A stretch of DNA of 64,000 bases from Calditrichaceae bacterium (GCA_050173015.1 JBFXLE010000008.1:32584-96583); one strand, 5' to 3'. Counted from the stretch's first letter, positions 1 through 10,610 are shown. Notes: generated by a model not told the origin, from the sequence alone. Translations and numbers: made by a program.

Positions 1-48
1 CTTATTTATAAGAACTAAAAATCCTTTTTCGAGCCCGTCCCCGGACAT
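1..48 (-). CDS. truB: tRNA pseudouridine(55) synthase, N-terminal fragment running off the window edge
   Basis: ATG at 48 gives MSGDGLEKGFLVLINK, matching the TruB start motif G-x-hydrophobic-x-NK(P); lies 4 nt after rbfA, the canonical infB-rbfA-truB order. Confidence 0.7.
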   Translation of the reverse strand, partial: MSGDGLEKGFLVLINK

Positions 49-52
49 AACG

Positions 53-418
53 CTATTTTTTTTCAGAATCGGAATCATTCTCGATTTTTTTCAAAAGACT
101 ATTTATTCGCGCCGCGTATTCTATTGATTCATCATAGAAAAAGCGCAATTCCGGTAACCATCGCGCCGTGATTGTCGACCGGAGCTCATTTCTGATAAAG
201 GATGCAGAACGTTTAAGCACTTTAGATGTCTTCTCTTTCTGCAGGTCGTCTCCAAGCACCGTATAATAAACGCTCGCGATTTTAAGATCGGGAGAAATTT
301 TCACATTTGTCAATGTGATCATTCCTTTTTCCGGATCCTTTACTTTTAAATCAATGATCGAACCAAGCGCTTTTTTCAGAGCGCCCGAATAGCGATCCTG
401 TCTTCTTTGCTGAGCCAT
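53..418 (-). CDS. rbfA: 30S ribosome-binding factor A
   Basis: 121 aa; ITLTNVKISPDLKIASVY and RWLPELRFFYDESIE motifs; downstream of infB. Confidence 0.95.
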   Translation of the reverse strand: MAQQRRQDRYSGALKKALGSIIDLKVKDPEKGMITLTNVKISPDLKIASVYYTVLGDDLQKEKTSKVLKRSASFIRNELRSTITARWLPELRFFYDESIEYAARINSLLKKIENDSDSEKK

Positions 419-423
419 AAAAT

Positions 424-711
424 CTATCTATAATCAAATTGATATTTTATTATTTCAAATTCCATCTCATTGTCGAGATCCCGGAATATTTTTTGCATCA
501 TCTGATCCGTAAACGATTTATCGGATGAGACAATCGCGAAGGCGATCAAAGAACGCTGCCATTTATCATTATAATCGATTTCCGCGACCGAAACATTGTA
601 TTTTTTCCGAACCCGGTCACGAATCCTGTTGAGGACAACGCGTTTATCTTTGAGTGACGCGCTTCCGGGAATCAGAATTTCTGTTGTCAGTACTCCGACA
701 AACATACGCAT
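424..711 (-). CDS. DUF503 (YlxP-like) protein
   Basis: 95 aa; SLKDKR and NVSVAEID..DKWQR motifs; typical position between infB and rbfA. Confidence 0.88.
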   Translation of the reverse strand: MRMFVGVLTTEILIPGSASLKDKRVVLNRIRDRVRKKYNVSVAEIDYNDKWQRSLIAFAIVSSDKSFTDQMMQKIFRDLDNEMEFEIIKYQFDYR

Positions 712-714
712 TCT

Positions 715-3420
715 TTATGCCAAATGTCTCTTAACTTTAGAAATCTGATACGATTCAATGATATCACCGATTTTAAGGTCATTATAATTTTCGATCTGGA
801 TTCCGCATTCAAATCCCGATGCTACCTCTCTCGTATCCTCCTTAAATCTTTTGAGCGATGCTATATTTCCGGAATAAATTTCCTTATCATCTCTGATCAG
901 GCGTACTTTGTTATTTCGCAATATTTTCCCGTTGAGCACATAACAACCCGCGATCACACCAAGACGTGATATTTTGAAAGTTTCTCTGACCTCTGCCTGC
1001 CCCAGAACCGCTTCTGATTCTTCCGGCTCAAGGAGACCTTCAAGCGCCAATTTCACTTCGTTTATCGCGTCATAGACAACACGATAATGACGGATATCTA
1101 CATCTTCTTTTTCAGCAAGTTCCTTCGCCTTTGTATTCGTGCGGATATTAAATCCGATTATAACAGCATCTGACGCGGCGGCGAGAAGAATATCGTTTTC
1201 AGAAACGGGACCGACTGCTTTACGTATCACATTCACCTGCACTTCTGACGTATTCAATTTTATCAGTGAATCGGCCAGAGCTTCCGCCGAACCGTCCACA
1301 TCCGCTTTAACGAGAATATTCAGGTCTTTTACAGCGCCAAGCTTGATCTGCTCAGAAATTTGATCAAGTGTTTTCAATTTTACTTTTCTCGAGTCCTGTT
1401 CACGTCTTAATTGCTGCCGTTTAACACCGATATCTCTTGCGGCGCGTTCATCGTTCATCACAACAAATTTATCACCTGCCTGAGGAACGCCCATAAACCC
1501 GACAACTACCGCCGGCTGGGAAGGACCGACCTTTTTAATACGATCATCCGATTCATTAAACAACGCCCTGACTTTTCCGTAATATTGTCCAGCTATAAAA
1601 TTATCGCCAACTTTAAGTGTTCCGTTTTGAATGAGAACGGTCGCGATGGCTCCCTTGCCTTTATCAAGACGCGCCTCAACAACGTGTCCGGCCGCATTTC
1701 TATCCGGGTTGGCTTTAAGATCAAGCATTTCCGCTTCCAGAAGAACTTTTTCGAGCAATTCAGGAATCCCTTTCCCGAGTTTGGCTGAAATTTCAGCACA
1801 TTGATATGTGCCTCCCCAATCTTCAACCAGAACATTTCTTTCTGCCAGCTGTTGTTTTATTCTTTCCGAATTGGCTCCGGGTTTATCAATTTTATTGATG
1901 GCAATTACGATTTTCACACCTGCCGCTTTGGCATGATCAAGGGCTTCGTCGGTTTGAGGCATAACCGCGTCATCCGCAGCAATAATCAGAATTACAATAT
2001 CCGTTACCTGCGCGCCTCGTGCCCGCATCGCCGTAAATGCTTCGTGACCGGGTGTATCAAGAAAGGTGATACGTTTTTCATTGTACTCAACTTCATAAGC
2101 ACCGATATGCTGAGTTATACCCCCTGCTTCACCGCTTACAATGTTACTATGCCGTAAAAAGTCCAGCAACGAGGTTTTACCATGATCAACATGGCCCATA
2201 ATCGTTACGATTGGAGCTCTGGGCTTCAGACTTTGTTCATCATCTTCTTCTTCCTCGATCTCATCTTCCGCGAATTCAGAAACAAACTGTTCTTCTACTT
2301 TGAACCCATATTCTTCTGCGAGAAGAGTAATCGTATCCAGATCCAGTCTTTGATTTATTGATACAACCAGGCCGAGTTCCAGACATTTTGTGATAATCTC
2401 CGCGACTGAAACATCCATCATATTGGCAAGGTCACTAGCGGAAATAAATTCAGTTACCTTGATGATATTTTCTTCAATCTCTTCACCATTTTCAACTCTT
2501 ATCTTCTTATGACGTTTTGGCTTACGCCCCTTACTGTCAATGGATGCGAGTGTTTTTTTAACATTATCCTGAACTTCCTTAAGATCGACCTGTTTTCTTT
2601 TCGGTTTCTTGCTTTTGCGTTTTCTTGATCCGCCTTCGCCATCAGAATCAGATCTTGTAATATCAACTTTTCCCGGTGACGGACGTTTTTTCCCATCTTT
2701 GCGAATCATTTCCAGGGCTTTTCTGCGTTTTTTCTCTTTCTCGCTAAGAAACGCATCTTCTTCGTTGGTTTTTTTCTTTTCCTTGTCTTTCCCCGGAACC
2801 GATTTTTTTACCCTTGATTCATCTTCTGCCTTTACAGGTGCTTCCACTAAGGGTTCCTGATGTTTTTGAACCACATCCGGTTGTTTCCGGTCAGATATAT
2901 CAGCAACCGGATCAGTTTTTATTTCCTCTTTGGCGGATACCGTTTCTATTTCTTTTGTTTCTGGAATATCAACGACTTTTTTCGGTTTTTTAGCTTTCGT
3001 ATACGGAGCTCCTTCATCGACGGCTGGCTTATCAACTTTGATCTCGTCTTTTTTCTTTTTGGGCTCTGCTTTCTTTTTATCTACAGGAGGTTTGCTTAAA
3101 GCCTCGGCACCATCAGCAATGGACTTTTTAATGGCTTTCATATAAGCAGAATCGCTCTGAACTTCTTTTTCCTGATCAGTTTCCTCAGTCAAAGCGCTTT
3201 CCGGCTGGCTCATGCTTTCTTTACGAGCCTTCAGCACTTCGGCTTTCGCCTTGTCCGTTGCAAACTTCTCTAGTATATCGATATAAATTTCTTCATCGAT
3301 AGGTGTATTCGGCCCCGCAACCTTAATTCCTTTTTTTTGCAGGAAATCACTTATCGTTTCATGTCCGAGATTCAGTTCTTTGCAAATTTTAAATAGCTTG
3401 TATTTTTTACCAACCGCCAT
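715..3420 (-). CDS. infB: Translation initiation factor IF-2
   Basis: GHVDHGKT, DTPGHEAF, NKID GTPase motifs; charged N-terminal region; C-terminal GFECGI. Confidence 0.99.
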   Translation of the reverse strand: MAVGKKYKLFKICKELNLGHETISDFLQKKGIKVAGPNTPIDEEIYIDILEKFATDKAKAEVLKARKESMSQPESALTEETDQEKEVQSDSAYMKAIKKSIADGAEALSKPPVDKKKAEPKKKKDEIKVDKPAVDEGAPYTKAKKPKKVVDIPETKEIETVSAKEEIKTDPVADISDRKQPDVVQKHQEPLVEAPVKAEDESRVKKSVPGKDKEKKKTNEEDAFLSEKEKKRRKALEMIRKDGKKRPSPGKVDITRSDSDGEGGSRKRKSKKPKRKQVDLKEVQDNVKKTLASIDSKGRKPKRHKKIRVENGEEIEENIIKVTEFISASDLANMMDVSVAEIITKCLELGLVVSINQRLDLDTITLLAEEYGFKVEEQFVSEFAEDEIEEEEDDEQSLKPRAPIVTIMGHVDHGKTSLLDFLRHSNIVSGEAGGITQHIGAYEVEYNEKRITFLDTPGHEAFTAMRARGAQVTDIVILIIAADDAVMPQTDEALDHAKAAGVKIVIAINKIDKPGANSERIKQQLAERNVLVEDWGGTYQCAEISAKLGKGIPELLEKVLLEAEMLDLKANPDRNAAGHVVEARLDKGKGAIATVLIQNGTLKVGDNFIAGQYYGKVRALFNESDDRIKKVGPSQPAVVVGFMGVPQAGDKFVVMNDERAARDIGVKRQQLRREQDSRKVKLKTLDQISEQIKLGAVKDLNILVKADVDGSAEALADSLIKLNTSEVQVNVIRKAVGPVSENDILLAAASDAVIIGFNIRTNTKAKELAEKEDVDIRHYRVVYDAINEVKLALEGLLEPEESEAVLGQAEVRETFKISRLGVIAGCYVLNGKILRNNKVRLIRDDKEIYSGNIASLKRFKEDTREVASGFECGIQIENYNDLKIGDIIESYQISKVKRHLA

Positions 3421-3468
3421 TTACACTCCAAATTCTATAATATAGTCCTTTTAAATTTCTGAAACAGG

Positions 3469-4722
3469 TTATTCAGTTTCAGGCTGTCCTTCAGGTAAAT
3501 ATTTTTGAATAATTTCCAGAATTTTTTCGACAGACTTTGGTCCGATTCCGGATATTTTTTTAAGACCTTCTTCCCCAAGTTCAGACACTTCATATACATC
3601 CAGAACATCAGCATCAAGAAGCTTATTCTTCAATGCTTCCGGCAGTTCTGTAACATCCTCGATGGCGGTATAGGTCTGACTGCTTTCTGTTTTATATTCT
3701 GATTCACGGATCGGTTCGATTTGATAACCGGTTATTTCAGACGCGAGCCGCAAATTTTGTCCACCTTTACCGATTGCCAGCGACATCTGATCATCCGGGA
3801 TTACCGCAACCGCCATGTTATCATCACGGTTTACAATAATTTTAACCGGCTTGGCAGGCGCCAGCGCCCGTGAAATAAATATTTCAGGCTCGGTGGAAAA
3901 ATTAATTATATCGATTTTTTCGTTATTTAATTCCTTCACGATGGCCTGAATTCTGACTCCCTTCATACCGACGCACGCGCCGACAGGATCGATCCGCCGG
4001 TCGATGGATTCAACGGCGATTTTTGAACGGTCTCCCGCATCTCTGGCAACCCGTTTTATCTCAACGATACCATCGTATATCTCAGGAACCTCCAGCTCGA
4101 ACAACCGTACCAGGAAATTTTTATCGGCGCGGCTGACAATAATTTCCGGACCGCGTCCCTGATTTCTTACTTCTTTAATGATACAACGCATTGTATCACC
4201 TCTTCTCAAACGCTCGTTGTAAATCTGCTCTTCCCGCGGGAGGTAAACCTCTGTTTTATCTACATTGATATAAATTCCGCGTTTCTGCATTTGATGAATA
4301 TCACCAATGATGATCTCGCCGATTCTATTTTTATATTCCCCGAGAATATTGTCACGTTCAAAATCACGTATTTTCTGATTCAGATTCTGCTTTGCGGTCA
4401 CGATCAAGCGTCTCCCGAAAGAAATGGGATCAATGACTTCTACGATATCCTCACCAATCTCTGCATCGGGATCAATTTTTCTGGCTGACTCCAGGTCAAT
4501 TTGCGATACGGGATCTTCTACTTCTTCAACTACAGTTTTCTCCTGATAGATCTCAATATCACCCTTATCGATGTTCACAATAACATCAAAATTATCGGAA
4601 ACGCCGTATCTCTTTTGGATGAGCTGAATAAAAATATTTTCCAGCATATCCCTGAGATGCTCTTTCTCAATTTTTTTATCCTTGGCGATTTGAGTAATGG
4701 CTTCCATTATCTCACTATTCAT
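3469..4722 (-). CDS. nusA: Transcription termination/antitermination factor NusA
   Basis: S1 and KH domains (FELEVPEI, DPVGACVGMKGVRI, AIGKGGQN); C-terminal HhH (ISGIGPKS). Confidence 0.98.
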   Translation of the reverse strand: MNSEIMEAITQIAKDKKIEKEHLRDMLENIFIQLIQKRYGVSDNFDVIVNIDKGDIEIYQEKTVVEEVEDPVSQIDLESARKIDPDAEIGEDIVEVIDPISFGRRLIVTAKQNLNQKIRDFERDNILGEYKNRIGEIIIGDIHQMQKRGIYINVDKTEVYLPREEQIYNERLRRGDTMRCIIKEVRNQGRGPEIIVSRADKNFLVRLFELEVPEIYDGIVEIKRVARDAGDRSKIAVESIDRRIDPVGACVGMKGVRIQAIVKELNNEKIDIINFSTEPEIFISRALAPAKPVKIIVNRDDNMAVAVIPDDQMSLAIGKGGQNLRLASEITGYQIEPIRESEYKTESSQTYTAIEDVTELPEALKNKLLDADVLDVYEVSELGEEGLKKISGIGPKSVEKILEIIQKYLPEGQPETE

Positions 4723-4746
4723 AACAATCTTTTATCCTCCCAAAGA

Positions 4747-5199
4747 TTACCATTTTAATTTAACTTTTGCCTGATCAATCGCAGGTCGACTTATTTTAAT
4801 AATATTTTTACGCCGATCCTGTAACCGAATCTCATCAGAATCGAACTCTAACAGCTTGCCGGTATATTCTATTCCATCATGATCAAGATTCATCCGGACT
4901 AATAATTCCTGCCCGATATTCTTTTTGAATTCATAATCTTCAACAAGCGGTCTGTCGATTCCGGGCGATGAAACATCCAATCTATATTTTTCAGGGAACA
5001 AGTCATCCATATCAATCTCATCTTTTATTTCCCGGGACAAGTTCTCACACTCCCCCATGGTGATTCCCTGCTCACTATCAGCAAAAACCTGAAAGATAGG
5101 ATTTTTCGCGTCACCTTTATACTTTATCTCTACCAGAACCAAATTTAGATCGCTGCATATTGATTTTACAATTTGTTCCAGTTTCTCTCTAATATCCAA
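4747..5199 (-). CDS. rimP: Ribosome maturation factor RimP (probable TTG start at 5199)
   Basis: YRLDVSSPGIDRPL motif; GGAG Shine-Dalgarno just upstream of TTG at 5199; the longer ORF start at 5241 lies inside the leader hairpin. Confidence 0.95.
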   Translation of the reverse strand: MDIREKLEQIVKSICSDLNLVLVEIKYKGDAKNPIFQVFADSEQGITMGECENLSREIKDEIDMDDLFPEKYRLDVSSPGIDRPLVEDYEFKKNIGQELLVRMNLDHDGIEYTGKLLEFDSDEIRLQDRRKNIIKISRPAIDQAKVKLKW

Positions 5200-5217
5200 A
5201 TCAATTCTCCAGATAAC

Positions 5218-5243
5218 AAAAAAGTGGGCTGAGAGACCCACTT
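5218..5243 (-). promoter_or_regulatory. rimP leader hairpin / attenuator-like terminator
   Basis: Minus strand AAGTGGGT-CTCTCA-GCCCACTT followed by a U-run, between the promoter and rimP; matches the widely conserved GTGGG...CCCAC rimP leader. Confidence 0.8.
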
Positions 5244-5256
5244 AACCGAAATGCAA

Positions 5257-5285
5257 AATATAAGAGTTATAATATCTTATTGCAA
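5257..5285 (-). promoter_or_regulatory. Putative sigma70-type promoter of the rimP-nusA-infB operon
   Basis: Minus strand TTGCAA-N17-TATATT just upstream of the leader hairpin. Confidence 0.65.
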
Positions 5286-5323
5286 GTTAATTTCGAGATT
5301 TACATCTCGCGCGATCTCTTGAT

Positions 5324-6652
5324 CTAAGTCCGTCCAACCGTTTGTATTTTATAAAATGGATAGGACACCAATAATATAATCAAGCCAATCAGAGATTCAA
5401 TAAAATTCGAATAGAGAATATTAAATAAGATCAGGGCGCAAAGCAACAAATAGATTGTGACGGAAATGACGGCGCCAAGCTTTAATTTCGCCGAATATAA
5501 CATAATTTTGAACGAAATAGTTCCCGACATAATCGAGAACAGCAGGATGGCCGCCACAACAATCGTTAGGAGCTGATTAAATGTTCCCGAAAGCATTAAA
5601 ACAATCGACCAGACGCACTGCGTCCACAACGCAGCCGCGGGACTCGCATATTTCTTGTGCTCTTTCACCAGCCCGCTCCATAAATAACCATCGCGGGACA
5701 TGGCCTGGTAAATTCTGGGACCGGACAAAACCGTTGAATTGAGACTGCTTAAAATCGCGATTAAGATCATTGCCGCGATTGCCTTTGTCGCCTGTGGTCC
5801 CCATAGTTTCCCGGCCACAAGACTGGCTGAATTAATCTTATCTGAGAGCTCCGCCGGCGAAAGGACACTTAGAAACACATAATTAATGCCAAGATAAACA
5901 GCTACAACGACGATGATTCCTGTAATCAACGCCTTCGGAATAATCTTTTTGGGCGATTCGACTTCATTGGCAATGTAGTTTACGGTTGTCCATCCCATAT
6001 AAGTGAATAAGACAGCAACCAATCCCACGGAAAATGAATTCCATGAGGGATACACTTCCGCTTCAGGGTTGTTTACAAAACCGGTTGCGCCGTCAATTAG
6101 TCCGATAAAGATAAAAGTGATCATCAAAAATACAATGGCGGCCGTTAGAACAATCTGAGTGCGGCCTCCTGTTTGTATTCCCAGATAATTCAGATATGTC
6201 AGGATGATAATGCTTAAAATTCCGGCAATTTTAAATCCGTCAAGTGAAAAAAAATAGTCACCGGAAATGCCGATTGAAAAAATAGAATAATTAAGGCCCA
6301 AATTTGGAAAAACATCATTCAGATAATGGGCGGAGCCGATTCCAAGCGCGGCGATCGATCCGGTGTAAGTGATAAATATGGCCGACCAGCCAAAAAGATA
6401 AGAGAAGTAAGGATGATAATGCTCCTTGAAATAGGCGTAGTCGCCTCCCTGATAGGGCATATGACCGGCAAGAATTCCGTACGTCTTCGCGCCGGTATAG
6501 GCATATACGGCGCCAACCCCCCATGCCAGCAAAATAAAATAGGGATTCTGAATTTTTCCCGCGAGATAACCGGTGGTCGTAAAAATACCGACACCGATGA
6601 TATTTCCTATCGTCAAGGCTAAAGCAGTCCAAAAACCGATTTTTTTTTTCAT
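5324..6652 (-). CDS. APC-family amino acid permease
   Basis: About 12 TM helices; GNIIGVGIF (TM1), FTYMGW..VNYIANEVESPKK (TM6), GPRIYQAMSRDG. Confidence 0.9.
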   Translation of the reverse strand: MKKKIGFWTALALTIGNIIGVGIFTTTGYLAGKIQNPYFILLAWGVGAVYAYTGAKTYGILAGHMPYQGGDYAYFKEHYHPYFSYLFGWSAIFITYTGSIAALGIGSAHYLNDVFPNLGLNYSIFSIGISGDYFFSLDGFKIAGILSIIILTYLNYLGIQTGGRTQIVLTAAIVFLMITFIFIGLIDGATGFVNNPEAEVYPSWNSFSVGLVAVLFTYMGWTTVNYIANEVESPKKIIPKALITGIIVVVAVYLGINYVFLSVLSPAELSDKINSASLVAGKLWGPQATKAIAAMILIAILSSLNSTVLSGPRIYQAMSRDGYLWSGLVKEHKKYASPAAALWTQCVWSIVLMLSGTFNQLLTIVVAAILLFSIMSGTISFKIMLYSAKLKLGAVISVTIYLLLCALILFNILYSNFIESLIGLIILLVSYPFYKIQTVGRT

Positions 6653-7341
6653 AGAAAAATTCGCGCTATTTTGACAATCAGGGGCGTTATAAAAATAGCC
6701 GGTAAAAAGTTCGCGATATTAATTTTTTTAATATCAAGAATCAATATTCCTAAACCTATGATAATCAGACCTCCGACCGCGGTGGTTTCGTTAATTATTT
6801 CTGTTGAGAAAAAGCTGCTGAGATAGTACGCGGAAACAGTAAATCCTCCCTGAATAATAATGATGGTGATAATCGAGAAACCCACCCCTATGCCCAGCGA
6901 CGCGGTTAATGCAATCGAAGTAAATCCGTCCAGTACCGATTTAATAGCCAATAACTGATAATCTCCGTTCAGTCCATCATTAATTGAACCCAGAATCGTC
7001 ATCGGCCCAACACAAAAAATCAGACTGGCTGTGATGAATCCTTCCATAAAATTTCCATTACCGTCTATCTTATCCGCAAAGCGGGTTTTAAGAACTGTGG
7101 CGAAATTTTCCAGACCTTTATCCACTTTGATAAGATGACCAAATATTCCTCCAAGCAGCAAACCTCCTAAAGGTATCAGAATATTTTCCGTTTTAAGTCC
7201 CATTTGGATACCAAGCAGGATAGTAACCAGTCCGATACCATACAGCATTTGTTGCTTGAGCGACTCCGAAAATTTTGACCGTAAAAAATAACCGATGGCG
7301 CTGCCGATAAAAACAGTAATCACGTTGATGACTGTACCCAT
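6649..7341 (-). CDS. DUF554 family membrane protein
   Basis: GTVINV start, FCVGPMTILGS, KSVLDGF, IANFLPA motifs; ATGA overlap with the permease. Confidence 0.88.
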   Translation of the reverse strand: MGTVINVITVFIGSAIGYFLRSKFSESLKQQMLYGIGLVTILLGIQMGLKTENILIPLGGLLLGGIFGHLIKVDKGLENFATVLKTRFADKIDGNGNFMEGFITASLIFCVGPMTILGSINDGLNGDYQLLAIKSVLDGFTSIALTASLGIGVGFSIITIIIIQGGFTVSAYYLSSFFSTEIINETTAVGGLIIIGLGILILDIKKINIANFLPAIFITPLIVKIARIFL

Positions 7342-7423
7342 ATATTTTTCCCCGGAAGATTTATCTCAAAAAGAACAGTCCAAATATAAAAAAATTAACT
7401 ACAAATCGTTATTAAAATACAAT

Positions 7424-7453
7424 AAAAAAAGCCCGCACTAAAAAGTCGGGCTT
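7424..7453 (-). terminator. Intrinsic terminator after sod
   Basis: Minus strand AAGCCCGACT...AGTGCGGGC stem followed by T7, about 20 nt past the sod stop. Confidence 0.75.
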
Positions 7454-7474
7454 CGGATTGATTAAAATTCTATT

Positions 7475-8101
7475 CTATTTTTTATACATATCATACTGGT
7501 CAGCGACAGCATTCCAGTTGATCACATTAAAAAACGCCTCCAGATAATCGGGTCTGCGATTCTGATATTTAAGATAATAAGCATGCTCCCAGACATCCAC
7601 TCCCAGAATCGGCCGGCCCTTAACTTCAGCAACATCCATAAGCGGATTATCCTGATTTGGAGTTGAACATACTTCAAGTTTCCCGCTCTTGTTTATAATC
7701 AACCATGCCCATCCGGATCCAAATCTTGTAGCGCCCGCTTTTATGAAATCAGATTTAAATTTGTCAAAGGCCCCAAAGGAATTTTTAATGGCATTGGCGA
7801 GATCGCCTGTGGGCTCTTTACCGGCCTTTGGCCCCATGAGTTTCCAGAAGAACGAATGATTCCAATGACCGCCACCGTTATTCCGAACAGCTGTGCGGAT
7901 ACTGTCCGGCAAAGTTTTTATTTCTGACAGCAATTTTTCCGGTGATTTATCCTGCAGATCATTAAACTCTTTTAACGCGCCGTTTAAATTGTTTACATAG
8001 CCTCCATGATGTTTGCCATGATGGATTTCCATGGTTCGGGCATCGATGTATGGTTCCAGCGCATCATAAGAATATGGAAGTTCCGGCAATAAATGTGACA
8101 T
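7475..8101 (-). CDS. sodA: Superoxide dismutase, Mn-type signature
   Basis: [28 protein letters not shown]; the GGG and NQD residues are typical of Mn-SOD. Confidence 0.95.
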   Translation of the reverse strand: MSHLLPELPYSYDALEPYIDARTMEIHHGKHHGGYVNNLNGALKEFNDLQDKSPEKLLSEIKTLPDSIRTAVRNNGGGHWNHSFFWKLMGPKAGKEPTGDLANAIKNSFGAFDKFKSDFIKAGATRFGSGWAWLIINKSGKLEVCSTPNQDNPLMDVAEVKGRPILGVDVWEHAYYLKYQNRRPDYLEAFFNVINWNAVADQYDMYKK

Positions 8102-8303
8102 TTTTTATCTCCTTCAATTTTGAATTTATTTATTATTTTCCAATCGTTATGTGTAATCAAAATTTGGACGAATTTATTCCAGAGATTCTCTGTTTTAAGC
8201 AAATTTTAAGGATAGGTAAATATTGGTCAGCAGGGAAATTCTGATCGAAACATTCAGATTTAAAATGGGGGAAAAATATAACGAAGTATTATAAACACTA
8301 ATA

Positions 8304-9350
8304 TCAATCTAATTTTGCTTTGATTTCTCCTTTCACACCTTCAATTTTAATCAGTTCAGTAGTTATATGTCCCACAAGAATTTCACTGGTCATTTGAACA
8401 GGAATTTTCCTGTCATCATCAGTCAACCAAATTTTCAAACTTCCTTTTTGTTTAAATAAACCCTCGCCTTTCATCATAGGCTCCACCACAAGACATCTGA
8501 ATCGTCCGGCTTCAACTTCGATTATCTCCTTTTCATAAACCTTGACTTCAAGATCATAAACTTTGTCTTTATCATGATTGCTCATAAATATGGATTTCCC
8601 GACTTCAATATCCATATTCCGGATAAAATAAAAAGCGGACAGTACATCCTGTACATATTTTGGGGTTTTAATAGAAAAATTTTTACGGCTTTTTTCTTTC
8701 ATATTTTTTTCATAACGAATAAATTCAACTTTGGCCGTTGAATTTTCAGGAATATAATCCACGAACAGGTCCGCCTTATATCCGCCTTCCCTCAACTTTT
8801 TCTCGAAGCGGATTGGATACAAACCATCCGTATCCATATAAGTATTAACGACATCATCAACTTTGTACATCCAGTTAAAGGCTGAAACGCTTTTTGCCGT
8901 GGTTTGGATGTGATACACCATACGCTTTTCTTTCTGCTTTTTAGAAAGAACTTTCATTTCGGCTGTTCCCGCTCTGATAAATCCAAACCGTATCTTAAAC
9001 TTTAGTTTTTCACCGACTTCAAAAGCATGATTGTTTATTTTCGAAGATTTTTTTGGTAGATCGATCTTCTTATCTTGATTCTCCGGTTTAATTGTATCAC
9101 CGACCGCTTTAATGATCCCTACATCATCCGCTTTAGGGCTGTCAACCGCCGATGAATCGAGGATGATAAGAACGGATTCTGTTGAGTCCTCTGTTTCCGT
9201 CATTAACGAATCAGTCAGCGTATCCGGATGCGCAAGGTGATTAATATGTTCGGTGGAATCCTGGGCATGGATATTTATGATCAGGAAAAAGAGCGGTGTA
9301 ATAACATGCCGAAAAAGCGGTAATTTTTTATTCATGAGCATCTCCATCAA
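8304..9350 (-). CDS. Exported DUF3108-family protein with acidic N-terminal linker
   Basis: Signal peptide; AFEVGEKLKFKIRFGFIRAG, QDVLSAFYFIR, IWLTDDDRKIPV motifs. Confidence 0.75.
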   Translation of the reverse strand: MMEMLMNKKLPLFRHVITPLFFLIINIHAQDSTEHINHLAHPDTLTDSLMTETEDSTESVLIILDSSAVDSPKADDVGIIKAVGDTIKPENQDKKIDLPKKSSKINNHAFEVGEKLKFKIRFGFIRAGTAEMKVLSKKQKEKRMVYHIQTTAKSVSAFNWMYKVDDVVNTYMDTDGLYPIRFEKKLREGGYKADLFVDYIPENSTAKVEFIRYEKNMKEKSRKNFSIKTPKYVQDVLSAFYFIRNMDIEVGKSIFMSNHDKDKVYDLEVKVYEKEIIEVEAGRFRCLVVEPMMKGEGLFKQKGSLKIWLTDDDRKIPVQMTSEILVGHITTELIKIEGVKGEIKAKLD

Positions 9351-9629
9351 ATCAGCAATATATTATCTACGTGAATTATACACAATAAGTTTTAATTCAT
9401 CTGAAGCAAAATTTGTTATGCCGCCTCAGAACCGGAGCTGTTTTTATCGAATCATTTGCAAAATTATAATTAAAAAACCATCATCATAATTCCCCGTATC
9501 GACGGACAAAATTATAAAAAAGCAGAAAGACCGCATTTTTATAAATATCACAGACATTTTGAAAAATACGCATTTTTTCCTAATTTTCAGATCATTTTAT
9601 TAAACAGATTTTGATATGGAGAAGACAAA

Positions 9630-10583
9630 GTGAAGATAATGGTTACCGGCGGCGCCGGATTTATAGGATCAAACCTGGCCGATACGCTGCTCGATCAGAA
9701 TATGGAAGTTATTGCCATAGATAATTTCGACTCGTTTTACGATAGAAAAATTAAAGAAAACAATATCTCGCGAGCCATGGATTATAGGAATTTTCATCTT
9801 TACCGGACAGACATACTCGATCATGAGTCTCTGGAAAAAATATTCAGCAAACATAATCCCGATATGATTGTACACCTTGCCGCGAAAGCCGGGGTCAGGC
9901 CATCAATCGATGATCCGGCCGGGTATATGAAAACCAATATCGAAGGTACAACCAATTTACTGGAATTATCAAAAACTCATAAAATCGGTAAGTTTATCTT
10001 CGCCTCATCTTCATCTGTTTACGGCAACAATAAAAAAGTGCCGTTTTCTGAAACGGATCCCGTGGATGAACCCATATCTCCTTACGCGGCGTCAAAAAAG
10101 GCCGGTGAACTCATTTGTTATAATTATCATCATCTTTATAATATGAACATTTTCGCGCTGCGTTTTTTTACGGTATATGGTCCGCGGCAGCGTCCGGAGA
10201 TGGCGATTCATAAATTCACACGGCTGATCGATGAAGGAGGCCAGGTACCGGTATATGGCGAAGGCATACCAAGAAGAGACTTTACTTATATTACGGATAT
10301 TATCGACGGCATAAAACAGGCTATGTTGAATGTGAGCGGCTTTGAAGTGATCAACCTCGGTGAATCGCGGACCATCAGTGTCAGCGATTTAATCACAGAA
10401 ATAGAAAATGCCGTAGGAAAGAAGGCAAAAAGAGTACTTTTACCGATGCAGCCCGGGGATGTGATCGAAACATTCGCGGATGTCACAAAGGCAAAAAATC
10501 TTCTTGGTTACAAACCATCCACAAGCATTGCAGAAGGAATTTCCGGGTTCACAGACTGGTATTTCAGTCAGAATAACAAATAG
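9630..10583 (+). CDS. NAD-dependent nucleotide-sugar epimerase (UDP-glucuronate 4-epimerase-like)
   Basis: TGGAGFIG, HLAAKAGVRPS, SSSSVYG, YAASK, RFFTVYGPRQRPEMA; GTG start with GGAG SD. Confidence 0.9.
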   Translation: MKIMVTGGAGFIGSNLADTLLDQNMEVIAIDNFDSFYDRKIKENNISRAMDYRNFHLYRTDILDHESLEKIFSKHNPDMIVHLAAKAGVRPSIDDPAGYMKTNIEGTTNLLELSKTHKIGKFIFASSSSVYGNNKKVPFSETDPVDEPISPYAASKKAGELICYNYHHLYNMNIFALRFFTVYGPRQRPEMAIHKFTRLIDEGGQVPVYGEGIPRRDFTYITDIIDGIKQAMLNVSGFEVINLGESRTISVSDLITEIENAVGKKAKRVLLPMQPGDVIETFADVTKAKNLLGYKPSTSIAEGISGFTDWYFSQNNK

Positions 10584-10610
10584 AAACCGATGATTTCATT
10601 ATTATGACTT

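Noticed and set aside
2560..3260. Lys/Glu-rich low-complexity region with several antisense ORFs
   Set aside because: Ordinary variable N-terminal region of IF-2
3435..3617. 60-aa ORF at the nusA-infB junction as a possible ylxR/ylxQ
   Set aside because: Out-of-frame overlap with the nusA 3' end; lacks the YlxR RxCxxC/GRGAY and L7Ae motifs
5200..5241. GTG-start N-terminal extension of RimP
   Set aside because: Lies within the leader hairpin; the SD supports TTG at 5199
9253..9489. 78-aa plus-strand ORF partly in the DUF3108-epimerase gap
   Set aside because: Overlaps the DUF3108 start antisense, no SD, no recognisable features
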